Under the pieces are notes generated by a model. That model was given only the letters and a program-made list of their open reading frames with translations, was not told the origin of the DNA and made no database searches. Positions 18,019-28,420 of a stretch of 62,823 nucleotides of DNA are shown one piece after another. The first letter of the stretch is position 1. Every line of letters starts with the position of its first letter. A program made the position numbers and the translations under genes. Where the stretch lies: contig DATEKY010000065.1 of assembly GCA_035277225.1 (NCBI GenBank), positions 1-62,823 on the forward strand. Direction: 5' to 3'. This DNA comes from Xanthobacteraceae bacterium. GTDB lineage: Bacteria; Pseudomonadota; Alphaproteobacteria; Rhizobiales; Xanthobacteraceae.

Positions 18019-19004
18019 CGACGCGGACTTAGGCCGTACTTGCAGTCCAATGCACGTATAAGCCACTGCAGATCGTCGTGACGGTCCATCGCCGCGAGAC
18101 TCGCCTGCCAAGAACAGCGGCGAAGCATGGTGACGTCACGCAATTGTGATCGGAGTTCCTCGAACGGACCGCTTTCGCGCGGCTGAAACGCTTGATTCCT
18201 ATCGTCGTACACGAGCAGAGCGTGGCCGCGACCACGTCTGACGTTGCCTTCGGCGACAACCGCTGCCAGGATGTTGCGGACGAGCTGGTACGGTTTCGCC
18301 AATGGGCAAGGGGTGCGGTCGCGGTCGACTTCCCAATTCAGGACACCAGGAATGTGTTCCCAGTAGCTCATTCCGCGTTCGGCGAGTGCACATCGATGTG
18401 ACCGACCGCCTTGCCGTACGAAGGAACCATCGCAATACTCGGGATGTCTCTTCTTCAGACGAGGTCGCGAGCAGCACCCCACTTCCTGTTCCGAGAGCTT
18501 GCACTCGACACAGACGAACGTTCCGCCCGACACGAGCACGTCGACGCTGGTTGCCCTGACCTCGTTCAATGAACGGACGTCGTGCTCGAGTTCAAGATCC
18601 GACGACCCAATCGGTCCCGGTCCAAACGCCGGCATAGCATCATCGTCAGCGACGACCTCTGAAAGGCATCCGGTTTTGTTCGCCATCCTCAGGTTGCCGA
18701 AGATGCTCAAAGCCAGCGCTTGGGAGCTCTTCATGCTGCGGAACCACTTGTGCCGCTTTTCACGCGGCACCAGCTCCAGGACCGCCTTCGCCAAGTGGGG
18801 GTCGTCGGGGACGATAATGTTTCGGTCTGATGCTGCTCTGATGAAGACCGGCGGATTCGGCAATCGGCTGAGCCGCGTGTCGAAGATTGCCTCCTCATTC
18901 GCGAACGTCGCTGCTCGGTAGGACCAGAGGTGCTGGGTGAGCATTTCGCTGTAGGTCAAGGCGTGCCCCCAGAGATTCAAGCGCGACAGCACCACGATTG
19001 GCAA
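17979..19004 (-). CDS. PD-(D/E)xK nuclease-like protein with a Cys cluster
   Basis: 341 aa. Motif SVDVLVSGGTFVCVECKLSE (D...E-x-K), followed by CC...C...C (GCCSRPRLKKRHPEYCDGSFVRQGGRSHRC). The 3' end overlaps the convergent gene by 40 nt. Confidence 0.6.
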   Translation of the reverse strand: MPIVVLSRLNLWGHALTYSEMLTQHLWSYRAATFANEEAIFDTRLSRLPNPPVFIRAASDRNIIVPDDPHLAKAVLELVPREKRHKWFRSMKSSQALALSIFGNLRMANKTGCLSEVVADDDAMPAFGPGPIGSSDLELEHDVRSLNEVRATSVDVLVSGGTFVCVECKLSEQEVGCCSRPRLKKRHPEYCDGSFVRQGGRSHRCALAERGMSYWEHIPGVLNWEVDRDRTPCPLAKPYQLVRNILAAVVAEGNVRRGRGHALLVYDDRNQAFQPRESGPFEELRSQLRDVTMLRRCSWQASLAAMDRHDDLQWLIRALDCKYGLSPRRHDDGVAIPGSSA

Positions 19005-19094
19005 GTTCAGAAGGGATGCGAAGCGGGACGATCGTTGCGCCGGTCTCCTGAACCGGTAGCTCTCGCGTTCAGTACGCGTAGCTTCGGACGACTC

Positions 19095-19823
19095 TCACTG
19101 GTCAGAGCCGCGCGGCAGAAGCGCCACGCCAATGCCGAGCACCAGAAGCGATGCCACATGCGCCACTGTTAGAGGACCGACCACACGATCGTTCACGCGC
19201 ACGAATTCGATCACGAACCGAATCGCGCCCGCGAGGGCCAAGTAGCTGCCCAAGACGAACGCATCGGGCCGGCGTTGACGCCTCCATCGAAACAAGAAAA
19301 GCGCGAGTGGCACTAAAGCAGCCGCTTCATAGAGCTGTGTCGGGTGCACTGGAACCGTCGTCGGAGGCAGTCCTTGCGGGAACGCAATCGCCCACGGCAG
19401 GTTGGAGGGACGCCCGTAGTCGTCGCCAACTAGAAAGCAACCGATTCTGCCGATGCCATGTCCCACTGCCAGGGCGGGCGTCGCAGCCGCTAACACGGCC
19501 ATCTTGGGCAGCCGCTTCCACTGCATGACGGCGAGGCCGGCGAGCCCGCCGCCCGCGAAGCCGCCGAACCAGCTCATTCCGCCACGACTCAGGAGAAGGT
19601 CGAGAAGCGGCTCCTCACCGAAGTGCTCCGCGACCCACAACAACTTCGCACCTGCGAGGCCACCGACGACTCCGGCGATCGCGGCGTCAAGCGCGTCCGC
19701 TGGCAAGCCGGATCGAGCGAGCTCTCGACTCAGAATCCACAGACCAACCAAGGCACCGATTGCCACGAGGACGCCGAAGCTGGTGACCTCGAACTCGCCG
19801 ATGCGGAAGAGCACGGGATACAT
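19095..19823 (-). CDS. lgt: Prolipoprotein diacylglyceryl transferase
   Basis: MYPVLFRIGEFEVTSFGVLVAIG..., GRIGCFLVGDDYGRPSNLPWAIAFP, and multiple TM segments, all typical of Lgt. Confidence 0.9.
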   Translation of the reverse strand: MYPVLFRIGEFEVTSFGVLVAIGALVGLWILSRELARSGLPADALDAAIAGVVGGLAGAKLLWVAEHFGEEPLLDLLLSRGGMSWFGGFAGGGLAGLAVMQWKRLPKMAVLAAATPALAVGHGIGRIGCFLVGDDYGRPSNLPWAIAFPQGLPPTTVPVHPTQLYEAAALVPLALFLFRWRRQRRPDAFVLGSYLALAGAIRFVIEFVRVNDRVVGPLTVAHVASLLVLGIGVALLPRGSDQ

Positions 19824-19846
19824 GTCACGACCACCGCGTCGAACGC

Positions 19847-20302
19847 CTATCGAGAGCGAGTCTCATCGAGCATCGCGCGCATTTGATCGATCTCTGCCTG
19901 TTGGCCGGCAATGATTGTCTTGCACAGGTCCTTGATCCGCCGGTCATCGAGCGACGCCCCCTCACACATCAAGATCGCTCCAGAGTGATGTGGAATCATC
20001 GACCGCAAGAACTGTTGATCCGAAATCGCGACCTGCTGCCGGATGAACGTAAAGAACACCACGCCCGCCAGAACACTCACCGCCATGACGACCGCATTCA
20101 GTCTCTTGTTCTGATACATGCCAGACATCAGCAGCATCTCGATGACGACCATCGGCGCCGTCATGAGCCCGGCCATGTAGAGCTGGTTCAAGCTGTTGTA
20201 GACGTCGCGTCCAGTGTTCGTCATCGAATACATGAGGACGTACATCGAGACGAGCGAGACGGCTGTCATGAGGGCAAGCCGCGCATAGTGGTTGTGTTTC
20301 AT
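19847..20302 (-). CDS. DUF305-family protein (copper-resistance associated)
   Basis: MIPHHSGAILMCE and IIAGQQAEIDQMRAML motifs, with N-terminal TM segments. Confidence 0.8.
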   Translation of the reverse strand: MKHNHYARLALMTAVSLVSMYVLMYSMTNTGRDVYNSLNQLYMAGLMTAPMVVIEMLLMSGMYQNKRLNAVVMAVSVLAGVVFFTFIRQQVAISDQQFLRSMIPHHSGAILMCEGASLDDRRIKDLCKTIIAGQQAEIDQMRAMLDETRSR

Positions 20303-20369
20303 CGTTCCCTCGCTGCGGCCGGCGGAGCGCCTCCAGCCTGCGCAACTGCTGATGTAACAGCCCTCCGAC

Positions 20370-21236
20370 TTACGCCTGCGGCCGGCGCGGTCGGCTCGAC
20401 GTGTGTGAATGCCGGATCTTCCAGTTGCCGGCGCCGTCCCTCACCAGCACCAGCGTTTCGAGCCCACCCGAATCGAGTTGGCGCTCACCCACCTTGGCCT
20501 TGATCGAGTACTCGGAGGTGGCGTACGCGGACTGGCCGCCCTGCAAAACCGTGACCTTGGTGTTGGAGTGGCCGAACTCCAGCTTCTCGAACGATTTCAG
20601 CTCGGGTCCGAGGTGACGATCTCGATAGTCGATCCACCCGTTGTTGACGCCACCACCTTCGAAAATGGTGACCTCCGGATGGTAGAAGCTCGCGAGCTTC
20701 TCGAGATCCTTGGCATTGAACGCGGCGTCGTAGGCCCGTAGCCATGACTCGACGCCGGCGGCTTCCGCGACCTGCTCGCCCCCACCGGGGGCAGCAGCTG
20801 CGCTCAGCTTCGTCACGGAGGCTGGCCGTCTGTCCCCGGCCGGCCCAATCCAGTCAGCGACTGAACCATCCGAGAAATGCTGATGCGCCTTCCAGGCGAT
20901 TCCCGTCGTTTTCGGGTTTCGGGCGCGGAACGCGAATTCCGCAGCCGCTTTTGGGGCAATCTCCTTCCTCCAGGTGATTGCGCTGATGCGCGAACCCTGC
21001 TTCGCGACATCAAACGTTGTCCCTTCAGCAGGCACAACCTCCAACACGACCACGTCCGACGGAATCTCGAGCACCACGTGCGTCGTCGGGACGTCGCCTT
21101 CGGTAGGCACGCGCACGGTGTAGCGCTCTTCAGCGCCCGGCTTCGATTCGCGAGGCCGGACGCTGACATGCGCACTGGCAAACGACGGCACGAGAAGGAC
21201 GACGAGCACGAACAGCAGGTTCTTCTTCATCGACAT
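20370..21236 (-). CDS. Secreted YcnI/DUF1775-like copper-binding domain fused to an NTF2/SnoaL-like domain
   Basis: Signal peptide ends in ASAHVSVRP...YTVRVPTEGD (DUF1775 signature). The C-terminal 130 aa (WLRAYDAAFNAKDLEKLASFYHPEVTIFEGG...WKIRHSHTS) is SnoaL/DUF4440-like. Confidence 0.7.
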   Translation of the reverse strand: MSMKKNLLFVLVVLLVPSFASAHVSVRPRESKPGAEERYTVRVPTEGDVPTTHVVLEIPSDVVVLEVVPAEGTTFDVAKQGSRISAITWRKEIAPKAAAEFAFRARNPKTTGIAWKAHQHFSDGSVADWIGPAGDRRPASVTKLSAAAAPGGGEQVAEAAGVESWLRAYDAAFNAKDLEKLASFYHPEVTIFEGGGVNNGWIDYRDRHLGPELKSFEKLEFGHSNTKVTVLQGGQSAYATSEYSIKAKVGERQLDSGGLETLVLVRDGAGNWKIRHSHTSSRPRRPQA

Positions 21237-21257
21237 CTCCTCTGCGTCGCTGAACCA

Positions 21258-21587
21258 TTACTTGGCTGCGGCCGGCGCCGCGCCGACTTCGATCGTCTTC
21301 GCGGTCATACTCTTGTCTTTCTCCTCGACGGCCGACACGACGATGCGCGTACCCGGCTTGATCTCCTGGACCTTCAGCGCTGGCTTGGCCTTGACCTTGG
21401 TGTCGGCCGTCACTTTCACCATTACATCCTTGCCGTCCTTGTCCTTGAGCATCACGTGATCGGCGGCGGCCATCGTCACCGTCCCCATCACTTTATGCTC
21501 GTGGCCCTCATGCGCGAGGAGCCGAGCGCCGACGCCGAGAGTCAACACTGCAATTGCAAGAGCCGCCACAAAGAAACGTTTCATCAT
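21258..21587 (-). CDS. Small secreted protein with an HEGHEH motif (putative periplasmic metal-binding beta-protein)
   Basis: 109 aa. Signal peptide, then AHEGHEHKVMGTV and a beta-strand-like K/V-rich body. Confidence 0.65.
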   Translation of the reverse strand: MMKRFFVAALAIAVLTLGVGARLLAHEGHEHKVMGTVTMAAADHVMLKDKDGKDVMVKVTADTKVKAKPALKVQEIKPGTRIVVSAVEEKDKSMTAKTIEVGAAPAAAK

Positions 21588-21609
21588 CGTGTCCTCCAGT
21601 TACGAACAT

Positions 21610-22476
21610 CTAGAACCACAGCCGCAGGCCGGTTACGAATCGAGCGCCGCCCGTGTCTTCGCCGGCGGTATCGGCGAAGTCGGCGGTCTTGCCCCACTTG
21701 TTCCTCCATGTCACGCCGATGTACGGCGCGATCTCGCGTCTGAACTCATAGCGCAGCCGGAACCCGAGATCGGTCGTGCTGAGGCCGGCTCCGATCCCTC
21801 GATCAGGGTCGGATTTCCCAAAGACTTCTGCTTCGAAGAGCGGTTGCAATACGAGCCGATTGGTGAAGAGCAACTCGTACTCGACCTCGAAGCGGGCGTG
21901 GGTCCTGCCCGAAGCGCCCACGTATCCCGTTGCCTCGATGTCGAACCAGTACGGCGCGAGTCCTTGAACGCCGAACGCGGCCCATGTCTGCGGCGAGCCT
22001 GGCCGGAGGTCCTGCCGTATACCGGCGACCACATCCCACCATCGCGCGAACTGACGTCCGTACAGAACATGTGCTTGCGCTTCGCCGACACGACCACTCT
22101 CGCCATCGCCCTCGGCACGAAACCACAGTCGATCGCGGTCACGACCGACCCATCCGCGGGTATCGACGTTGATCCCGTTCGCGCCATCGCCGGCCTGCCA
22201 CTCGAGCTGATCGAACAAAACGTAGTAGTTCACTGCGCCGTCGTGTACGGCGTGCCCCTGCACGTCTGGGAACGCTGCCTTGCGGTCCTCGTCGGTCAGT
22301 GGCGGAATGAACGAGGGCAGTTCCGCCTGTGCCTGATGCTGATCTTCGGGTGCTGGCATCTGTTGTGCGGCGGGCTTCGCCTGCTGGTGTCCGGCGTGCG
22401 CATCCTGAGCTGACGTCGCCACGGGCAAGGCCAGCGACAGGACTCCGACCGCAAGGAGGAATGAGGGGTGTCTCAT
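21610..22476 (-). CDS. pcoB: Copper resistance protein B (PcoB/CopB outer-membrane protein)
   Basis: Signal peptide MRHPSFLLAVGVLSLALPVATSAQ, a His/Met-rich N-terminal region, a beta-barrel-like body with the DQLEWQ motif, and a C-terminal F. Its ATG overlaps the upstream stop (ATGA). Confidence 0.85.
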   Translation of the reverse strand: MRHPSFLLAVGVLSLALPVATSAQDAHAGHQQAKPAAQQMPAPEDQHQAQAELPSFIPPLTDEDRKAAFPDVQGHAVHDGAVNYYVLFDQLEWQAGDGANGINVDTRGWVGRDRDRLWFRAEGDGESGRVGEAQAHVLYGRQFARWWDVVAGIRQDLRPGSPQTWAAFGVQGLAPYWFDIEATGYVGASGRTHARFEVEYELLFTNRLVLQPLFEAEVFGKSDPDRGIGAGLSTTDLGFRLRYEFRREIAPYIGVTWRNKWGKTADFADTAGEDTGGARFVTGLRLWF

Positions 22477-24311
22477 TCGTCCACCCGCACTTCCCGGAAC
22501 ATTCCCGATTCCATGTGGAAGAGGAGATGGCAGTGGTACGCCCATCGTCCTAGAGCATCCGCCGTCACGCGGTACGAACGTTTCGTGCCTGGCGGCATGT
22601 CGACGGTGTGCTTACGGACGTGAAACTTGCCCTCGTCGTCCTCGATGTCGCTCCACATGCCGTGCAGGTGAATGGGGTGGGTCATCATCGTGTCGTTGAC
22701 GAGCACGATGCGGAGCCTTTCGCCGTACGTCAGACGAAGAGGCTCAGCGTCCGAGAACTTGATGCCATCGAACGACCAGGCGAAGCGTGCCATGTGGCCC
22801 GTCAGGTGCAATTCGATCGTGCGGCCTGGCTCGCGACCATCTGGATCGTTGAAGGTGCTTTTGAGGTCCGCATAACGGAGCACACGACGGCCGTTGTCGC
22901 GAAGGCCAATACCGGGGTCATCGAGCCGCGACGTCGGCGACATCGTTTGCATGTCGACAAGCGGATTGCCTCTCTCGCTCGCTGGGTGCTGTTGCATTCC
23001 TGCACTCATCGACGACATGTCGTGCCCCGCGTGCGGGTCCGCAGTTGCCGGCGTCGGCGCGGGCATCTGATGACCGGCATGAGGATCGGGAGCAGTGGTT
23101 GGGGGAGGCGCCGCGTGACCGGCATGCGGTTCCTGAGCCGGCGACGCGGTAGATCCGGTCGCCTTTGCCCCGGACATCGTGCTCATGTCGTGGCCCATGC
23201 CGCCGTGTCCCATGTCTGCCATGGTGATCTGTGGTCTCGGATCGAGGTCGGGCATGTCGGCGCGCAGGCCCTCACGAACGGCTAGCGTGCCCGCCGCGAA
23301 GCCCGTGCGATCCAACGACTGCGCGAAAATGGTGTATGCCTCTTGGCCCTTCGGCTCGACGATGACGTCGTAAGTTTCAGCCGTGGCGATCCTGAATTCG
23401 TCGACGGTCACCGGATGGACGTACTGACCATCCGCGGCGACGACCGTCATCTGCAGTCCGGGGATGCGTACGTCGAAGTACGACATCGCGGATCCGTTGA
23501 TGAAGCGCAGGCGCACGCGCTCACCCGGCTTGAAGAGGCCCGTCCAGTTGCCTGCCGGGGCGATGCCGTTCAGCAGATATGTGTAGGTGTAGCCGGAGAC
23601 GTCGGCGAGGTCCGTCGGATTCATCCGCATCTCGCCCCACATCTTTCGATCGGCCAGTGCGCTCTTCAGGCCATCCTTGCCAACATCCCGAAAGAAATCC
23701 CCGACCGTTCTCTGCTGAAAGTTGTAGTAATCCGAACGCTTCTTCAACTTCGCGAACACGCGCTCGGCACTCTCGTCGGTCCAGTCCGTGAGCATCACGA
23801 CGTGTTCACGGTCGTACGTGAACGGCTCGGGCTCGCGCGGATGAATGACCAGCGGTCCGTACAGCCCTTGCTGTTCCTGGAACCCGGAGTGGCTGTGGTA
23901 CCAGTACGTTCCTCCCTGGCGGACCTTGAACCGATACACGTACGTTTCACCTGGACGTATGCCGTGAAAACTCAGTCCGGGCACACCGTCCATGTTCGCG
24001 GGCAGCAGAATGCCGTGCCAGTGAATCGACGCGTCTTCGCCCAATGTGTTGGCGACGCGGAGCGTGACCGTGTCTCCCTCTTTCCAGTGCAGCGTTGGAG
24101 CTGGAACCGAGCCGTTCACAGTAATGGCGGTCCTTGGCTGCCCCGTGAAATTCATCGGCGTCTCGCCGATTCGCAGATCGAAATCGGTGCCGGAGAGATC
24201 ACTCCAGCGCGCCGGGGTATTGCCTTGTGCAAACGCTGTTGTGCGCCACAGGCCAAGACCTGCGACGGCGCCGCCGACGGCGAGACCTTTGACGAACGTT
24301 CGTCGAGACAT
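22473..24311 (-). CDS. pcoA: Multicopper oxidase CopA/PcoA with a Tat signal and a Met/His-rich loop
   Basis: MSRRTFVKGLAVGG twin-arginine leader. Cu-site motifs HWHG, HSH, HPIHLHG and HCHLLFHMESGM. Met/His-rich insert (DMGHGGMGHDMSTMS...PHAGH repeats). Confidence 0.9.
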   Translation of the reverse strand: MSRRTFVKGLAVGGAVAGLGLWRTTAFAQGNTPARWSDLSGTDFDLRIGETPMNFTGQPRTAITVNGSVPAPTLHWKEGDTVTLRVANTLGEDASIHWHGILLPANMDGVPGLSFHGIRPGETYVYRFKVRQGGTYWYHSHSGFQEQQGLYGPLVIHPREPEPFTYDREHVVMLTDWTDESAERVFAKLKKRSDYYNFQQRTVGDFFRDVGKDGLKSALADRKMWGEMRMNPTDLADVSGYTYTYLLNGIAPAGNWTGLFKPGERVRLRFINGSAMSYFDVRIPGLQMTVVAADGQYVHPVTVDEFRIATAETYDVIVEPKGQEAYTIFAQSLDRTGFAAGTLAVREGLRADMPDLDPRPQITMADMGHGGMGHDMSTMSGAKATGSTASPAQEPHAGHAAPPPTTAPDPHAGHQMPAPTPATADPHAGHDMSSMSAGMQQHPASERGNPLVDMQTMSPTSRLDDPGIGLRDNGRRVLRYADLKSTFNDPDGREPGRTIELHLTGHMARFAWSFDGIKFSDAEPLRLTYGERLRIVLVNDTMMTHPIHLHGMWSDIEDDEGKFHVRKHTVDMPPGTKRSYRVTADALGRWAYHCHLLFHMESGMFREVRVDE

Positions 24312-24364
24312 GCCTTCATGTGATCGGCGACGATTTGAAAACGAATGCGACCTCATTAAATCCC

Positions 24365-25060
24365 TCAGTGCCTGCGGTCCTTTGGAGACGCGTCGGCCGG
24401 TTTCACTGTGGCTCCCTCCAAAAATCGGCGAGCCTCTTCCTCTTCCTTGAACTGTGCCGGCGATTTCGGGTTGAGCGCTTCCATGCGCTCGATGTCCTCC
24501 TCCGTCAGCTTCGAGAGGCGACGTACGAAGTGGACGAGGCCCCAGCTCTCGCGCTCTCCTTCTGGTGTCCCGGTGCCCCAACCAGGCATGCCGGTCAGTC
24601 GAATGCCGTGTTCGATAATCGAGAACAGTTCACCGTCGGACAGCGACTGCGTCTTCTCGATGCGCATGTCAGGGACTCGCGGATACAGCGAGCGCCCAAT
24701 CGTCGTCTCGCCGCTGCCGTTGTTGGCGTGGCAGGTAGCGCAGTGATCGGCGTAGTGCGCCGTGGCCTGCTCGAGTACCGCTTCGGTGGGTTCCACAGGA
24801 TTGCTGCGGCTCCGGACCGATTCGGGCGTCGCCCAACGGCGCATCGCTCCCGCGAGCATCGCCTCAACGCGGCTCGGTTCGTCGTGCGCACTCAGCCCAC
24901 GACTGACGACCGAGTAGGCGGCGATGCCTCCAAGCGCCGCGACGAGCACGACGAGCACGACAAAGGCGCGGACCGTCGCTCGCCAGTCAACGCCTTTGGC
25001 GGTACTTGCGGCATTTCTGAACGGCATCCCGCGACCGGGACGACGCCGGTGTTCCTTCAT
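24365..25060 (-). CDS. Membrane-anchored c-type cytochrome
   Basis: N-terminal TM segment and a CATCH haem-binding motif (CxxCH). Confidence 0.8.
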   Translation of the reverse strand: MKEHRRRPGRGMPFRNAASTAKGVDWRATVRAFVVLVVLVAALGGIAAYSVVSRGLSAHDEPSRVEAMLAGAMRRWATPESVRSRSNPVEPTEAVLEQATAHYADHCATCHANNGSGETTIGRSLYPRVPDMRIEKTQSLSDGELFSIIEHGIRLTGMPGWGTGTPEGERESWGLVHFVRRLSKLTEEDIERMEALNPKSPAQFKEEEEARRFLEGATVKPADASPKDRRH

Positions 25061-25169
25061 GCAATCCCTTCCCACACGCACACACAGATGTGCGACGACA
25101 CGGCAACACAACGGCGTGACACCGTTGCACCGCGATGAATCGGGGCGCTATGCGCCTATGGGTGAGGGA

Positions 25170-25654
25170 TCAGACGCGCAGAACGAGTGGCGTCGTGGTT
25201 GGGGGAGCGGTCCGCGGTGGAGAACTGTAGTCGAAGAAGATCTGGGAGTCGCGGAGGACGACGGACTCGATCGCAACGGCGCTTAGGATCAACGGCGCTG
25301 ACTTTGCGGTCACGTCCGCACGTTCTGCAGCGGTCGTCGATGCCTGCCGGATCGCGCCGTCGTGCGTGCTGCAGTCGTGCTCAGGGTAGCCACTGATCTG
25401 CGGTCCACTCGATGGAGGTGTGGGATCTTCGCACTTCGGACCCGAGCCGTGGTGTGTGGCCGCTGCATTCGAGGCGGATTCACACGACATCGCACACACC
25501 GTCCCTGCGACGGGCAGGCCGGCCAGAACGGTCAAGAGCACGACGGCGATACGATGTCGCCACTGCACGGATCGAGTATACCGCGGCTGGGAAGCCGAGC
25601 GAGATTGTGCCCATTTGGGCGGCCCGGACTGCTCAGCGGGACCATGCGTGGCGC

Positions 25655-25658
<4 letters not shown>
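25170..25658 (-). CDS. Small TM-anchored Cys/His-rich protein (paralogue family, see 46647 and 59712)
   Basis: 162 aa. TM segment, then CAMSC...THHGSGPKC...HDCSTHD, ending [16 protein letters not shown]. Its ATG overlaps the stop of the upstream ATPase (ATGA). Confidence 0.6.
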
Positions 25659-28093
<2,435 letters not shown>

Positions 28094-28195
28094 TCCGTGG
28101 CCTCCGGCTCGATAACGCAGGCCCTCGGAATCCATTACAGTCCGCAACCTCCACGGCGTCCCTGGTTTCTCTGCCAGGAACGCCGCACGAGGTGT

Positions 28196-28339
28196 CTACT
28201 TGGCGTACTGGGCCGGGTTGGCGTCGAACTTCGTTTTGCAGCTCTTGGAGCAGAAGTAGTAGGTCTTCCCGTTGTACTTGCTCGAACCAGCGGCTTTGGC
28301 CGGATCGACCTGCATGCCGCAGACCACGTCCTTTTCCAT
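28196..28339 (-). CDS. 47-aa YHS/TRASH-domain metal-binding protein (below the ORF-track size cut-off)
   Basis: My own reverse translation gives MEKDVVCGMQVDPAKAAGSSKYNGKTYYFCSKSCKTKFDANPAQYAK*. A GGAGGA Shine-Dalgarno lies 7 nt upstream of the ATG. Confidence 0.7.
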   Translation of the reverse strand: MEKDVVCGMQVDPAKAAGSSKYNGKTYYFCSKSCKTKFDANPAQYAK

Positions 28340-28420
28340 TTCTCGATTCCTCCTTGGGGTCGCTTTCGAACTAAAAACGCACGGCCTGCGGTGGCATTAC
28401 ACCCGGGGGTGCCGCCTCTG

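Noticed and set aside
17979-19004. The nuclease-like gene as the cognate restriction enzyme of the C5-methyltransferase
   Set aside because: It is on the opposite strand, about 14 kb away, with eight genes between. Nothing in the sequence links the two.
19095-19823. lgt as a chromosomal housekeeping gene marking the island boundary
   Set aside because: It lies 23 nt downstream of DUF305 in the same gene train, so it may be an island-borne extra copy. This cannot be decided from this window.
28340-28420. Possible intrinsic terminator after the CopB-type ATPase (GCGTTTTT on the minus strand)
   Set aside because: Only a 4-bp stem can be drawn before the T-run, which is too weak to call.
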